Virus record (IMG/VR): IMGVR_UViG_3300035698_012408
Reading direction: 5' to 3' (one strand)
DNA from: a virus
Length of the DNA: 64,000 bases
The notes beneath the pieces were generated by a model. That model was not told the origin of the DNA and searched no databases. It saw only the letters and a list, made by a program, of their open reading frames with translations. A program made the translations under genes and the position numbers. Of the stretch, positions 8,718 through 17,447 are shown piece after piece (the first letter of the stretch is position 1; every line of letters starts with the position of its first letter).

Positions 8718-8820
8718 CAACAGCCTCCTCCGCAATACGAAATTCACCAGCGCCGCACGCCGAGCAGTAGCCTAAGACATTCCGCTCGACGTCGCACCGG
8801 TTACAAAGATAAATACTCAT
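8617..8820 (-). CDS. small zinc-ribbon protein (CxxC-x12-CxxC) with E/G/K low-complexity tail
   Basis: MSIYLCNRCDVERNVLGYCSACG, then a tail that is the out-of-frame image of the AKKK-repeat ORF. Confidence 0.5.
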   Translation of the reverse strand: MSIYLCNRCDVERNVLGYCSACGAGEFRIAEEAVDGQKEGSKEEGGQEDGQEEGCKEENGGGKTQEG

Positions 8821-8834
8821 TACGTCCCTGCCAT

Positions 8835-9248
8835 TTACGGAATCGGTGTGGTGGTCACAGGCTGCGACGGCGGCGGACTCACGGGCGGCTGCGGCGCAGC
8901 AGGAGGCACGGCCGGCAACCCGTCCACTGCTGCCAGCGCCTGATTACAGTGCTCTGCCGCGATGCCTGCGGTTGCGTGAATCTCGTGCCACGTACACGCG
9001 ATCTGCTGTCCGAGAAAGTTCACACCCTGTGATACCCGCTCCAGCAATTGTGCTTCCTCGAACATCGGAACCGGGATAGTCGTGCCGTCCTCGAACAGCA
9101 TCTGAAATCCGATGCCGCTGACATCCACGTCCTGCCCAGACGTCAACTGCTCGTGCAGCGCGCGGGCGTGTTCGTACGCTGTGGACTGCTTCGCCGCAGT
9201 CTCCAACAGTGCCACGATCTTGAATCGACAATCATTCAATTGGCTCAT
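8835..9248 (-). CDS. hypothetical protein, Pro-rich C-terminus
   Basis: Trimmed to the ATG at 9248 (MSQLNDCRF...) with AAGGAG 9 nt upstream. Confidence 0.6.
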   Translation of the reverse strand: MSQLNDCRFKIVALLETAAKQSTAYEHARALHEQLTSGQDVDVSGIGFQMLFEDGTTIPVPMFEEAQLLERVSQGVNFLGQQIACTWHEIHATAGIAAEHCNQALAAVDGLPAVPPAAPQPPVSPPPSQPVTTTPIP

Positions 9249-9265
9249 TTGTCTGATACTCCTTG

Positions 9266-9682
9266 TTATTGTTTCCGTAATAAAACAGCGAAACCGACGT
9301 AATACTGCCACAGCCGTTCTTGCTGCGCTTCGTCAAATACATCATTGACGGGATAACCTGTTGCAATGTGCAACCGCTCAACGCGGCGATCCAAGCTACC
9401 GAAACACCCGCACGCCAGCTGGAGCATAAAGCCCAGGGCTAGGTCAGGTTGACACGGCAACAGATACGGGACCAGCGGCACAAACACCCGCGAGTCCCGT
9501 TTGGATATTCGCCAGTCAGGCGGCTCCGTAAATGAAATAGCCCCGTGCGGCACGTACCAATCCTCCCCCGCCTTCCGTTCGACGGTGTCGTACGGTACGA
9601 ACGCTAGACCGGGGCTCGTCTTACGCGAGTGGTGAAATAGTTCGCTCGCAGCTAGATCTACTCTGTTATAGGTAAGTTCCAT
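9266..9682 (-). CDS. hypothetical protein
   Basis: Trimmed from the TTG at 9700 to the ATG at 9682, 4 nt after the upstream stop. Confidence 0.55.
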   Translation of the reverse strand: MELTYNRVDLAASELFHHSRKTSPGLAFVPYDTVERKAGEDWYVPHGAISFTEPPDWRISKRDSRVFVPLVPYLLPCQPDLALGFMLQLACGCFGSLDRRVERLHIATGYPVNDVFDEAQQERLWQYYVGFAVLLRKQ

Positions 9683-9686
9683 CAGC

Positions 9687-10493
9687 TCACAATTCAACAA
9701 TGCGTCGCGGCGGCATTACCGGCGGCGACTGGATAATAGCTGGCGTGCCAGTAGCTTCATGCAACGTGGCCGCTACGCCCGGATCAAAATCAGCGCCGCA
9801 CGGGGGCTGATCAAATCCACGGCGCGTGGCTGCCCCTTCTCGCCCTAGTGTGTCCGCGTTGACCCGCACACCTGTCTTGAAATTGCAGACCCTCGCGTCC
9901 TGCTGTCGCATCATCTCACCAAGCATGGTATCTCCACCTCGGTGATCCAGTGCCTTCCACGGATAACTCCAGCGATACAACCACTCGGTGCGGATGGTCC
10001 ACCAGCCGCCTGTGATAAACTTGATACGACCAAGGTTGACCGGCTGGCCGTTATACCACGGCTGGGCTTGCACCCACTCACGCTGCTGCCCCTGCCAGTC
10101 GATCGTGTAGACCGAGCCGAGCATGTCCGCGTTGACCATAGACTGCTCCACAAGGTGCAGCCAATAGTCCTTACCCGGTGCGCTGAGCTCATAACCGGTC
10201 AGGTACGAGTCATCATCAAACCACATGAAATACGGCGTCTCGACCGGCTTGATACCGTGGACCATCTGCCGCATCATCGGATACTTATGGATGTTCTCGC
10301 TGGATTCCCAGATGCAGTCATCCGGCACCCACGATTTCACCCAATCGGCTACGTCATCAGATACCTGATTGAGCCCTACCCGAAGATTCAAATGATCCTT
10401 GTCGACCGTGCTAGCAATCGACGTCAGGCACCGCTCCGCAAGTCTGGGGTTATCACCGTAAAGCAGCACCCCGATAGTGAATTTGTCCTGCAT
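9687..10493 (-). CDS. glycosyltransferase, GT-A fold (family 2-like)
   Basis: N-terminal FTIGVLLYGDNPRLAERCLTSI, typical of GT2. DxD-type FMWFDDDSY. ATG at 10493 with AGGAG upstream. Confidence 0.65.
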   Translation of the reverse strand: MQDKFTIGVLLYGDNPRLAERCLTSIASTVDKDHLNLRVGLNQVSDDVADWVKSWVPDDCIWESSENIHKYPMMRQMVHGIKPVETPYFMWFDDDSYLTGYELSAPGKDYWLHLVEQSMVNADMLGSVYTIDWQGQQREWVQAQPWYNGQPVNLGRIKFITGGWWTIRTEWLYRWSYPWKALDHRGGDTMLGEMMRQQDARVCNFKTGVRVNADTLGREGAATRRGFDQPPCGADFDPGVAATLHEATGTPAIIQSPPVMPPRRIVEL

Positions 10494-10504
10494 AGAAGGC
10501 ACTC

Positions 10505-10996
10505 CTATTCTTCTTCGATCTGGTACACCTCAAGTACACGAACAGGCTCAGCAAGCTGATCAAATACCAGCTCCAACGCTGGATTGCTTACTTGCCCACC
10601 CAGAATCTGCCGCACGTGCATCAAGAAGGCGTCACGAGCACGCGGCGTCTTGAACACCATGCGAACAGACGGCAGCGCTGTGGGCTGCCCAACTATCTCC
10701 GCAGGTACCGTAGTCATGTTCCACTCGCCCTTCTGCAAGTACAGAACATGCGACAACACGCCGCCAGCAGAGTAACACAGAAATTCCGTGTTCTCCGTAA
10801 CCACTGGGCTGCGCCCGAAAAAATGCGGGATACCCGCCGGTACGGCCGCCATTGCTTGCACTTCCTCCAACGGTATGCGATGCAACGGGGCCCAGTGGTC
10901 TTTACTGCGGTCGTTCTGGTCATCACCCACCTTAGCCTCTAAAACGGCTACGGTGGGTTCAATGACAACGGGGTAATCTACTAATGTAAATACCAA
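10505..10996 (-). CDS. hypothetical protein
   Basis: TTG start with AGGAAAC 6 nt upstream. No motif recognised. Confidence 0.55.
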   Translation of the reverse strand: MVFTLVDYPVVIEPTVAVLEAKVGDDQNDRSKDHWAPLHRIPLEEVQAMAAVPAGIPHFFGRSPVVTENTEFLCYSAGGVLSHVLYLQKGEWNMTTVPAEIVGQPTALPSVRMVFKTPRARDAFLMHVRQILGGQVSNPALELVFDQLAEPVRVLEVYQIEEE

Positions 10997-11021
10997 TTGA
11001 CTGTTTCCTAAAATAAGCTAC

Positions 11022-11972
11022 TTATGTAGAAACCGCAGCTGCCTTGCCGCGACGTTTCTTCGAGCTTGGTTTTTTACTATCCAGGTCGATCTGACGTGGC
11101 TCTTTACTGCCCTTCTCCGCCTGGGTTTCTTCTGCGGCCTGCCGCTGTTGCAGCACGGCATTACCGTGCTCAATCACGCGATCAAGCATATCGCCGTTTG
11201 CTGTTGTAGCTTCGCCGATCAGGAACATCAGCGTGCGGACCTCGGCAAGGTCGTCTATCAGGTCCTGATCCAGATCATCCGGTGGAGTGTTCAGCACATT
11301 CGTGAAGATATTGTTGGTATCTTCCTCTTCGCCGTCACCATTCCAGATCGAATCATTCTTACGATTCCACTGCTGGCTCAGCGTGAGCATCTGCCGCACC
11401 TGCGCTGCCAGCGTCTTCGGAATCGCGTGCTTCCGGCCGTGTCCAACCGCTCGCTCCTCCCGCTTCTTGATCGCGTCATGCAACGCACCGGGGTCCCACA
11501 TTTTATCGGTGGCCTCCCGTGCGTATTTCTCCCGCTCCTCCTGCGATGCCAGCGTGAGAAGATAGGACACATGCCCCCAGTGAAGCTGATAACCTGTGGC
11601 ATCATTCTTCATGCTGATCAGTATCTCCAACGCCTCCTCGTCGTACATCTTGGCGAAGGCTGCGGACTTCCGTAACGTGCGGGCCTGCGTAGATAACGCT
11701 TGTTCGATCAACCGCAGTCCCGGCAGTCCGTTGTGTCCGAGATACTTTGTCGCGTCGCCATCGATCTCTTTACAGATCTTCCCAATCTTGTAGTAGTAAC
11801 GCAGATTCTCCGCACGTAGATCGTTGACCTGCTTCTCGATCTGATTGAACTTCCGCTTCAACGGTTGATTCATCTGCTCGATTGCGGATTCACGTTGCTC
11901 GATCATCTTCGATGGCGTCACATCCATCGCTTTTTTGCGTTTCTGCTTCGCGTTCGGTGATTGCCGTCCCAT
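11022..11972 (-). CDS. hypothetical protein (basic termini, coiled-coil-like N-terminus)
   Basis: 316 aa with an ATG start. Confidence 0.6.
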   Translation of the reverse strand: MGRQSPNAKQKRKKAMDVTPSKMIEQRESAIEQMNQPLKRKFNQIEKQVNDLRAENLRYYYKIGKICKEIDGDATKYLGHNGLPGLRLIEQALSTQARTLRKSAAFAKMYDEEALEILISMKNDATGYQLHWGHVSYLLTLASQEEREKYAREATDKMWDPGALHDAIKKREERAVGHGRKHAIPKTLAAQVRQMLTLSQQWNRKNDSIWNGDGEEEDTNNIFTNVLNTPPDDLDQDLIDDLAEVRTLMFLIGEATTANGDMLDRVIEHGNAVLQQRQAAEETQAEKGSKEPRQIDLDSKKPSSKKRRGKAAAVST

Positions 11973-11986
11973 ATCTAAAATTCTCC

Positions 11987-13156
11987 TTAAATGAGGAAAC
12001 GACCTATCAACATGTCAAACGCTGCCTGCTCAATCTTCTCGCGACGGGATAAATCCACCCCGCGAGCTAGCCGCAACGTCGGCACAAATAGATCTAGTAA
12101 CGTACGACTGGCCAACAGTCGTCCCGGATGTTGTAATGGACTACGCAAGCCACTATCGTTTCCGATAGCCAGCCCCTCCTCGACAATCTCTTTTGCCAAG
12201 TTATGCGGTATGCCCACGTGACTTACTGAATGAATCAGTTTACTAACGGCAGCCTTCCTGACCGAATTCCTCATCCCTGTTGTAAATCCAAGACTCGTGG
12301 TATCGAGCTTCTTTACGCCGCTAAGGATGTCCGCCTCCGGTATATCGTTGTCCGCTACCGTGGTGAACATCTTCCCAAGACGACTAAGAAAATCTTTACC
12401 AGTGTGTGTAACCCTGCCGCCAAAACGCTTATATGGTCCAAGGCATATACCCTTGGGTGTGAATATCGACAACGTCCCGCGAACTGACGTTCCTGTGGCT
12501 TCGCCGTTCGTAAAATAATACCCGTAGGACATTGGCCACCGCTCGCCACCGACACTAGGGTTGAACATCGGCGCGCGGTTACGAAACCACACGGCAAAAC
12601 GCCGCCCCAATAACTGAGCAGCGTACATTTCAACATCCGGCCGATAAGACTGCAACGTACCAACCGCATCATTGTACAACGTCATGTTTTCCAGATACTG
12701 ATGCTTCTGCCCCACGAGCCCTTCTATCGTATTCTCTTCCTCATTACGGATCATACGATGATAACGGAACAACGGGAAACGTAAATCAACCAACTTATTC
12801 CATAAGTCGATCGCAAGACGCCCATCCACCAGATCCTGCCGCTCGTCGGGGAGCGGCAAGGACCCAGAGATTTCAGGCAAAAGTTTACTTAATCCAGGTG
12901 CGATAATCTGTGCCGTCTGCGCGAAAGCAGAAGAAGTGAACCGGTACCTACCACCCACCTTGCCGTCATCATCCAGCTGAAACTCACGCTCCGTGTGTAC
13001 CGGATGCACAGTGGTGGCTAGGTCAAGATCGCGCAGCGTGTCTATCAACAGCTCACGATCGCCACGACCAAATGTCGTAGCAGCGTGCCGCACAAATAAT
13101 GACCTGCTGCAACCAGCTCTTACTGTTAGTGGGGTTGACACAACTCTACTGCCCAA
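11987..13156 (-). CDS. hypothetical protein
   Basis: 389 aa. TTG start with GGAG upstream. 31-nt overlap with the upstream gene, so the start is uncertain. Confidence 0.6.
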   Translation of the reverse strand: MGSRVVSTPLTVRAGCSRSLFVRHAATTFGRGDRELLIDTLRDLDLATTVHPVHTEREFQLDDDGKVGGRYRFTSSAFAQTAQIIAPGLSKLLPEISGSLPLPDERQDLVDGRLAIDLWNKLVDLRFPLFRYHRMIRNEEENTIEGLVGQKHQYLENMTLYNDAVGTLQSYRPDVEMYAAQLLGRRFAVWFRNRAPMFNPSVGGERWPMSYGYYFTNGEATGTSVRGTLSIFTPKGICLGPYKRFGGRVTHTGKDFLSRLGKMFTTVADNDIPEADILSGVKKLDTTSLGFTTGMRNSVRKAAVSKLIHSVSHVGIPHNLAKEIVEEGLAIGNDSGLRSPLQHPGRLLASRTLLDLFVPTLRLARGVDLSRREKIEQAAFDMLIGRFLI

Positions 13157-13734
13157 TCTGCTCCAACCGTGTCCATGTAACTGCGTAACGACTCGATCAC
13201 GTAGACAACCTGCGGGCTGCCGTACGGACGGATCAGCCGCGTCTCCGCATGCTGCCGCCGTTCTGGATCAACCACCATCATTCCCTGAATAGGCTGATTA
13301 TGTAATACCATCGAAGCGCTTTGATCCGCTCCGGGGGCATTGAACACAAGGGCACAGCGATCGGCGTGGATGTCCCAATCCTCGGCCGCTGCCACCTTCT
13401 TATACTCGCGAAACCACGGGAGCTTCGCAAAACCTGCACCAAACAATGCAGTCCATCCAATCTTCGAGCCCGACGTGAACGCGAGCTTCGATGAAGCCAT
13501 CTGTGCAGGGAACGCTGGCACGTTCGCACGCAGCCACGCAAAATCCAATGCGTTGCTGCCAGACATGTGCTCAGCCTGCTTCTTTTCCACACCCACGCGA
13601 ATTTCCACGCCAGCATATCGCAAAAGCTGCTTGACAATTCGCTCCTCAAAACGGGCTTGTCTAGTAGCCTCGGTCGCCTCTTGGACCAATGGGTTATCAC
13701 GCATATTATTAAAAAGATTGTCGACGCCACTCAT
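13126..13734 (-). CDS. hypothetical protein
   Basis: 202 aa with an ATG start. Lies directly downstream of the RecA homologue. Confidence 0.6.
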   Translation of the reverse strand: MSGVDNLFNNMRDNPLVQEATEATRQARFEERIVKQLLRYAGVEIRVGVEKKQAEHMSGSNALDFAWLRANVPAFPAQMASSKLAFTSGSKIGWTALFGAGFAKLPWFREYKKVAAAEDWDIHADRCALVFNAPGADQSASMVLHNQPIQGMMVVDPERRQHAETRLIRPYGSPQVVYVIESLRSYMDTVGADWAVELCQPH

Positions 13735-13748
13735 GTACAGCGTACTCC

Positions 13749-15167
13749 TTATTCGTCAACATCGAGACCGTCAGCTTGTCCAGCAGCAACCGCCCGCTCT
13801 TCGCTGGTCGGTCCCACTTCTTCCTCACTGGCCTCAGGCGACGTTTCATCGCGCTCCATTGCAATTTCTGGTAACACTTCCACGTCCTTATACAGATCCG
13901 CCGCAGCAACTGCTGCCTCTTCCTTCGCGGTCTCCATTAGGTCCCGATAATCTACACCGGGTTGGAATGGTCGACGACACGTGATGCCGAGCACCTGATA
14001 CATCTGTGAAAGCAGGTCAGGCCGCTTCTCGATCGCCGCCCCGAGTATTCGATACGGCTGCGGATCACTTTCCGGGATACCGAGCGTCCGTGACCAACCC
14101 AGCCGCCGGCTTCTGGACACGTTGACATCACAAATATCCATAAGACGCTTGTAAATCGTCTTCTTACCCTTAGCGTTCTCGAAACTGATCAAGAGGTCCA
14201 CAGTGGACGTATCCCAATCCCACGCCGTCTGCTGCTTGATAGTACCAGTTCCATCATCGGCGTACCACCACAACATTTCAGCCGTAATTGATTTACGACT
14301 CGGCCCGAGGCTATTCTTCTTACAGATAAGCCTGAGACGCAACCCGCCGTACTCCAGCAGGTCAATGTCGCACTGGGCTGCTCGTCGCATCTCGATCTCG
14401 AACGACTCCATGAACTTCACAGCTTTACCACCAGGGATACTCGCCGTTGGTAGTCCTCGCTGATCAGTGCCGGGCTTCAAGTGGTTCGTCCCGACCACCG
14501 AGAAAGGATACCGCTTGATCCGATCAGGCATCGTCCGCATGTAGCGAGCGATCAAATTCGCAGCCAATGCGTACCCCCGACTAGCGTGCCCTGACGCCTG
14601 CACGGCTTCAATCTCCGCTAACGGCGCGGTAGCCATCAACGAATCGATACCGAAAATGACCGGAATCGTACGACCCGGCCCAGCTGGGTCATCCTGTTGC
14701 TTGATTGCCATATCGACAAACGAAGTGAGCACATCTTGCCATTGTTCGAGATAATGGGTCGGAGCTACGATCAACCGTGACAACCACGAGGGGTTCCACT
14801 GAAGGATAGACTGACGAAGTTCAGGACTGTCCTTGTTCTCGTTCTCTGCCAAGACGGCCCCGCCGCCGTATACGGCATGCCAACGGAACATCTCATAAAG
14901 CAACGCAGACTTGGCTGAACCCTCTTCACCAGTGATTTGAGTAATCCGCGAAAGCGGAAAAGTAGTCGATTGAAATAGGTAACGCAGGCAGAGTGCCGGT
15001 AATGGCAGTCCCACCAACATTGCCTCGGCTTCGCTACCGATGCTGATGTCCAGCCCTAAGTCATGCTGGGCCTTATCTTGCATCGCAGAGAATAAACCGT
15101 CGAGATTCGCATCTCGCTGTTCGCCGGTCCACATTTGCTGTGTCCGGCTGCTACGTCGCTTAGCCAT
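13749..15167 (-). CDS. RecA-family recombinase (UvsX/RecA-like) with ~170-aa C-terminal extension
   Basis: Colinear with RecA: FPLSRITQITGEEGSAKSALL (Walker A region), VLAENENKDSPEL, VIFGIDSLMATAPLAEIE (Walker B / L1), IPGGKAVKFMESFEIEMRR. Trimmed to the ATG at 15167. Confidence 0.85.
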   Translation of the reverse strand: MAKRRSSRTQQMWTGEQRDANLDGLFSAMQDKAQHDLGLDISIGSEAEAMLVGLPLPALCLRYLFQSTTFPLSRITQITGEEGSAKSALLYEMFRWHAVYGGGAVLAENENKDSPELRQSILQWNPSWLSRLIVAPTHYLEQWQDVLTSFVDMAIKQQDDPAGPGRTIPVIFGIDSLMATAPLAEIEAVQASGHASRGYALAANLIARYMRTMPDRIKRYPFSVVGTNHLKPGTDQRGLPTASIPGGKAVKFMESFEIEMRRAAQCDIDLLEYGGLRLRLICKKNSLGPSRKSITAEMLWWYADDGTGTIKQQTAWDWDTSTVDLLISFENAKGKKTIYKRLMDICDVNVSRSRRLGWSRTLGIPESDPQPYRILGAAIEKRPDLLSQMYQVLGITCRRPFQPGVDYRDLMETAKEEAAVAAADLYKDVEVLPEIAMERDETSPEASEEEVGPTSEERAVAAGQADGLDVDE

Positions 15168-15274
15168 GTAACTTCTTTCCGCCAAGAAGGTGATGCGTCA
15201 AAACGCAAGGTAAAACGAGCCCGACCACAAGGGCCGGGCTCGTCATTCATTCTAAACCAATAACCGCCCGACGT

Positions 15275-16993
15275 CTACTGCTGGGGTGGCGGCGGCGTCA
15301 CGCCAGCGGCGGACTGTGCCGACTGAAGCGCCAACTGCGCCCTGGTCATCTGCTGACCAGTGACAGGAGCTCCGGGTGGTTGAGCGAACCCACCTGCTGG
15401 CGGGGTCGGCACTTGCGGAGCCTGCTGGGCCGGTGGGGCCTGCTGGGGCACCTGTTGCATCGGCGGAGCCTGCTGAGGCACCTGTTGCATCGGCGGAGCC
15501 TGCTGAGGCACCTGCTGGGGCACCTGTTGCATCGGCGGAGCCTGCTGCGGCACCTGTTGCATCGGCGGCTGCGCCGGAGGAGCCTGCGGCGCGAGCTGCG
15601 CCTGAGCTGCACCAGCTGCCGGGTTCTGCGATGCCATCCAACTACCCGCAGCCGGAGGAGGTCCACCGGTCGGGCCTTCAGCCGGAGCAGCAGGCGGTGC
15701 TGCTTGCGGCAACGGCTGCGGCGGTGGGGCTTGCTGCGTCACAGGCATCGTTGCCCCGGCCGGCGCCGGGAAACCACCCTGGAAAGCATCAGCTGTGGGC
15801 GCTTGGGCCGGCGGCTGCTGCTGTTGCGGCGGCGGACCGACCGGCATTCCGGCACCCTGCTGCCCTTCAGCAGCCGGAGCGCCTCCAACTCCCCAACCAG
15901 CATCAGGCGGAGCCACAACCGTCTGAGCGACGGCACGGTTCCGAATACTGTCGGGAATCCACTCGGGACGATCCCGGAACGCATACATCACGGCATCAGC
16001 CGGGAACTTGTCCGCGATCAGGTGAGCCTGCTCTTCGACGGTCGGGAACCACAGGACCTCGTCCCACGGCTTGACCTTCTGAGCGATCACTTCCTCGTAC
16101 TCTTGCAGCCTCGCCGGCATGCCGTTGAACGTCGGGTCCAGGTAGCACCCGTAACCGATCGGCTCTTGCTGACCTGCGCCGCCACCACCCTGGTTGCCGA
16201 AACTGCCGCCCTGCGCCTGCTGGTTCCACCCAGCCGCACTGGCTTGATTCCGTTGTCGCGGGTCACCATCGGCCAGCTTATAGAACGTGACGAAACGACC
16301 GTTGTCAAGAGCGAGCGGGTCGCCATTGACCATCTGATGCTCCCAATCGCCCTCGGGAGCGTTGGAGCCTTCGACCACCTTATCGAGCTCGCCAATGAAC
16401 GCATTGCCGGCCGAAGACGACAACTCCATCATGACCAGCCGGTCCTCGGGACCAAAACCCTTCGGTGGGGCGTAGATCTGCGCCTTGTGCTGCATGATCG
16501 CACACTGCACCAAGTAGATCTCGGAAGGTCGCGGAAGCTGAGCACCACGGCCGCGGCCGCCACGGAGCAAGCCGGCCCAGCCACGCTGGTCCTGCTTATT
16601 CTGCACTGCTCGGTCGATCGCGTTGAAGAGCACCCACGGCGGGAGCATCTGCGGATCTTCCATCGTCGGGTCGCTCGGGTCAGCCATGATGAACGTCACG
16701 CCGGGGTCGCCGAAATTACGGACAGCCGGGTACATTCGCATGAAATCGCCGAAATCGCGAGGATCGGACGAAAAGCGGTACGGGTCCCACGTCTGCCCGG
16801 ACGCGGGGTCCAGACTCAACTGTGGGAAGATTCGGATCGTGGTAACACCGTCACCGTATGTCGGATTCCAATGATCCGCCATATTGTTCTTGATGACGTG
16901 CTTACCTTGTCGCTGACCTGTCGTGGTGTTGCCGTGGTCAGCGAAACTGTAGCGGCGATTGCCGCGTTGCCTGAGAGACGGGTCTCGTGCCAT
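15275..16993 (-). CDS. possible gp32-like ssDNA-binding protein with long P/Q-rich repetitive C-terminal region
   Basis: ATG at 16993 with GAGGAG upstream. N-terminal GDGVTTIRIFPQ resembles the T4 gp32 GQAVIRFLPS strand. Position between the RecA-like gene and the polymerase. The C-terminal 250 aa are P/Q/A low complexity. The product call is tentative. Confidence 0.6.
   Translation of the reverse strand: MARDPSLRQRGNRRYSFADHGNTTTGQRQGKHVIKNNMADHWNPTYGDGVTTIRIFPQLSLDPASGQTWDPYRFSSDPRDFGDFMRMYPAVRNFGDPGVTFIMADPSDPTMEDPQMLPPWVLFNAIDRAVQNKQDQRGWAGLLRGGRGRGAQLPRPSEIYLVQCAIMQHKAQIYAPPKGFGPEDRLVMMELSSSAGNAFIGELDKVVEGSNAPEGDWEHQMVNGDPLALDNGRFVTFYKLADGDPRQRNQASAAGWNQQAQGGSFGNQGGGGAGQQEPIGYGCYLDPTFNGMPARLQEYEEVIAQKVKPWDEVLWFPTVEEQAHLIADKFPADAVMYAFRDRPEWIPDSIRNRAVAQTVVAPPDAGWGVGGAPAAEGQQGAGMPVGPPPQQQQPPAQAPTADAFQGGFPAPAGATMPVTQQAPPPQPLPQAAPPAAPAEGPTGGPPPAAGSWMASQNPAAGAAQAQLAPQAPPAQPPMQQVPQQAPPMQQVPQQVPQQAPPMQQVPQQAPPMQQVPQQAPPAQQAPQVPTPPAGGFAQPPGAPVTGQQMTRAQLALQSAQSAAGVTPPPPQQ
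15449..15568 (-). repeat. 30-bp in-frame tandem repeat (about 3.6 copies plus one 12-nt insertion) encoding APPMQQVPQQ
   Basis: The unit cacctgttgcatcggcggagcctgctgagg is repeated head-to-tail at 15449, 15479 and 15521, with a partial copy at 15551. Confidence 0.85.
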
Positions 16994-17102
16994 TATCAAA
17001 ACTCCTCTACTAGAACATTTGCGGGCCTGCGGGGGGCTTCCCCATGACGGCCCAGTGGGTAGCATCTACGAGGTCCTTCCTCTTGCGATGCTTGATTCGT
17101 AT

Positions 17103-17132
17103 ATTCTACCATCCCGCCCTGGATGGCACCAA
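17103..17132 (-). promoter_or_regulatory. candidate sigma70-type promoter with a hairpin/operator in the spacer
   Basis: Minus strand reads TTGGTG-(CCATCCAGGGCGGGATGG)-TAGAAT with an 18-nt spacer. The spacer is a perfect 6-bp inverted repeat (CCATCC/GGATGG). Confidence 0.25.
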
Positions 17133-17160
17133 CCCTATCGTTGGATTTTGTAAGATTCAG

Positions 17161-17427
17161 CTAAATTGCGTGATCGTGCTGCAAACACTCCAGCGCGGTA
17201 TCAAAATTCAACCCCGGGCGATCGTCCATCATCGCTGTGGCACTCTCCGCAATAGGTGCGGTGTCCAAAAATCGCACAGCCGCACCCGTAAGACGTTTTG
17301 CTGCTTCCCCGCGAGATATGTCATACAATTCCGCAAACTTAACAATCTGCACGCCGAGCAACGGCCCTGGACGAAACTGAATGGTCTCCAGCGGTGAAAT
17401 TTCACTCGCTTTCTTCCTTTTTGGCAT
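17161..17427 (-). CDS. hypothetical small protein
   Basis: 88 aa, starting MPKRKKASE... Confidence 0.55.
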   Translation of the reverse strand: MPKRKKASEISPLETIQFRPGPLLGVQIVKFAELYDISRGEAAKRLTGAAVRFLDTAPIAESATAMMDDRPGLNFDTALECLQHDHAI

Positions 17428-17447
17428 ATTATCTGCCTTTCAATCTA

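Noticed and set aside
15449-15568. Possibility that the 30-bp repeats (or the 11-bp arrays at 50054 and 51112) are a CRISPR array
   Set aside because: The repeats are head-to-tail with no spacers. The 30-bp set is in-frame coding sequence. No cas genes are present.
15380-17047. 555-aa plus-strand ORF (and 15376..16074, 232 aa) opposite the P/Q-rich gene
   Set aside because: It is Arg/Leu-rich low-complexity sequence. It is the antisense shadow of a GC-rich repetitive minus-strand gene that has an SD and a plausible N-terminal domain.
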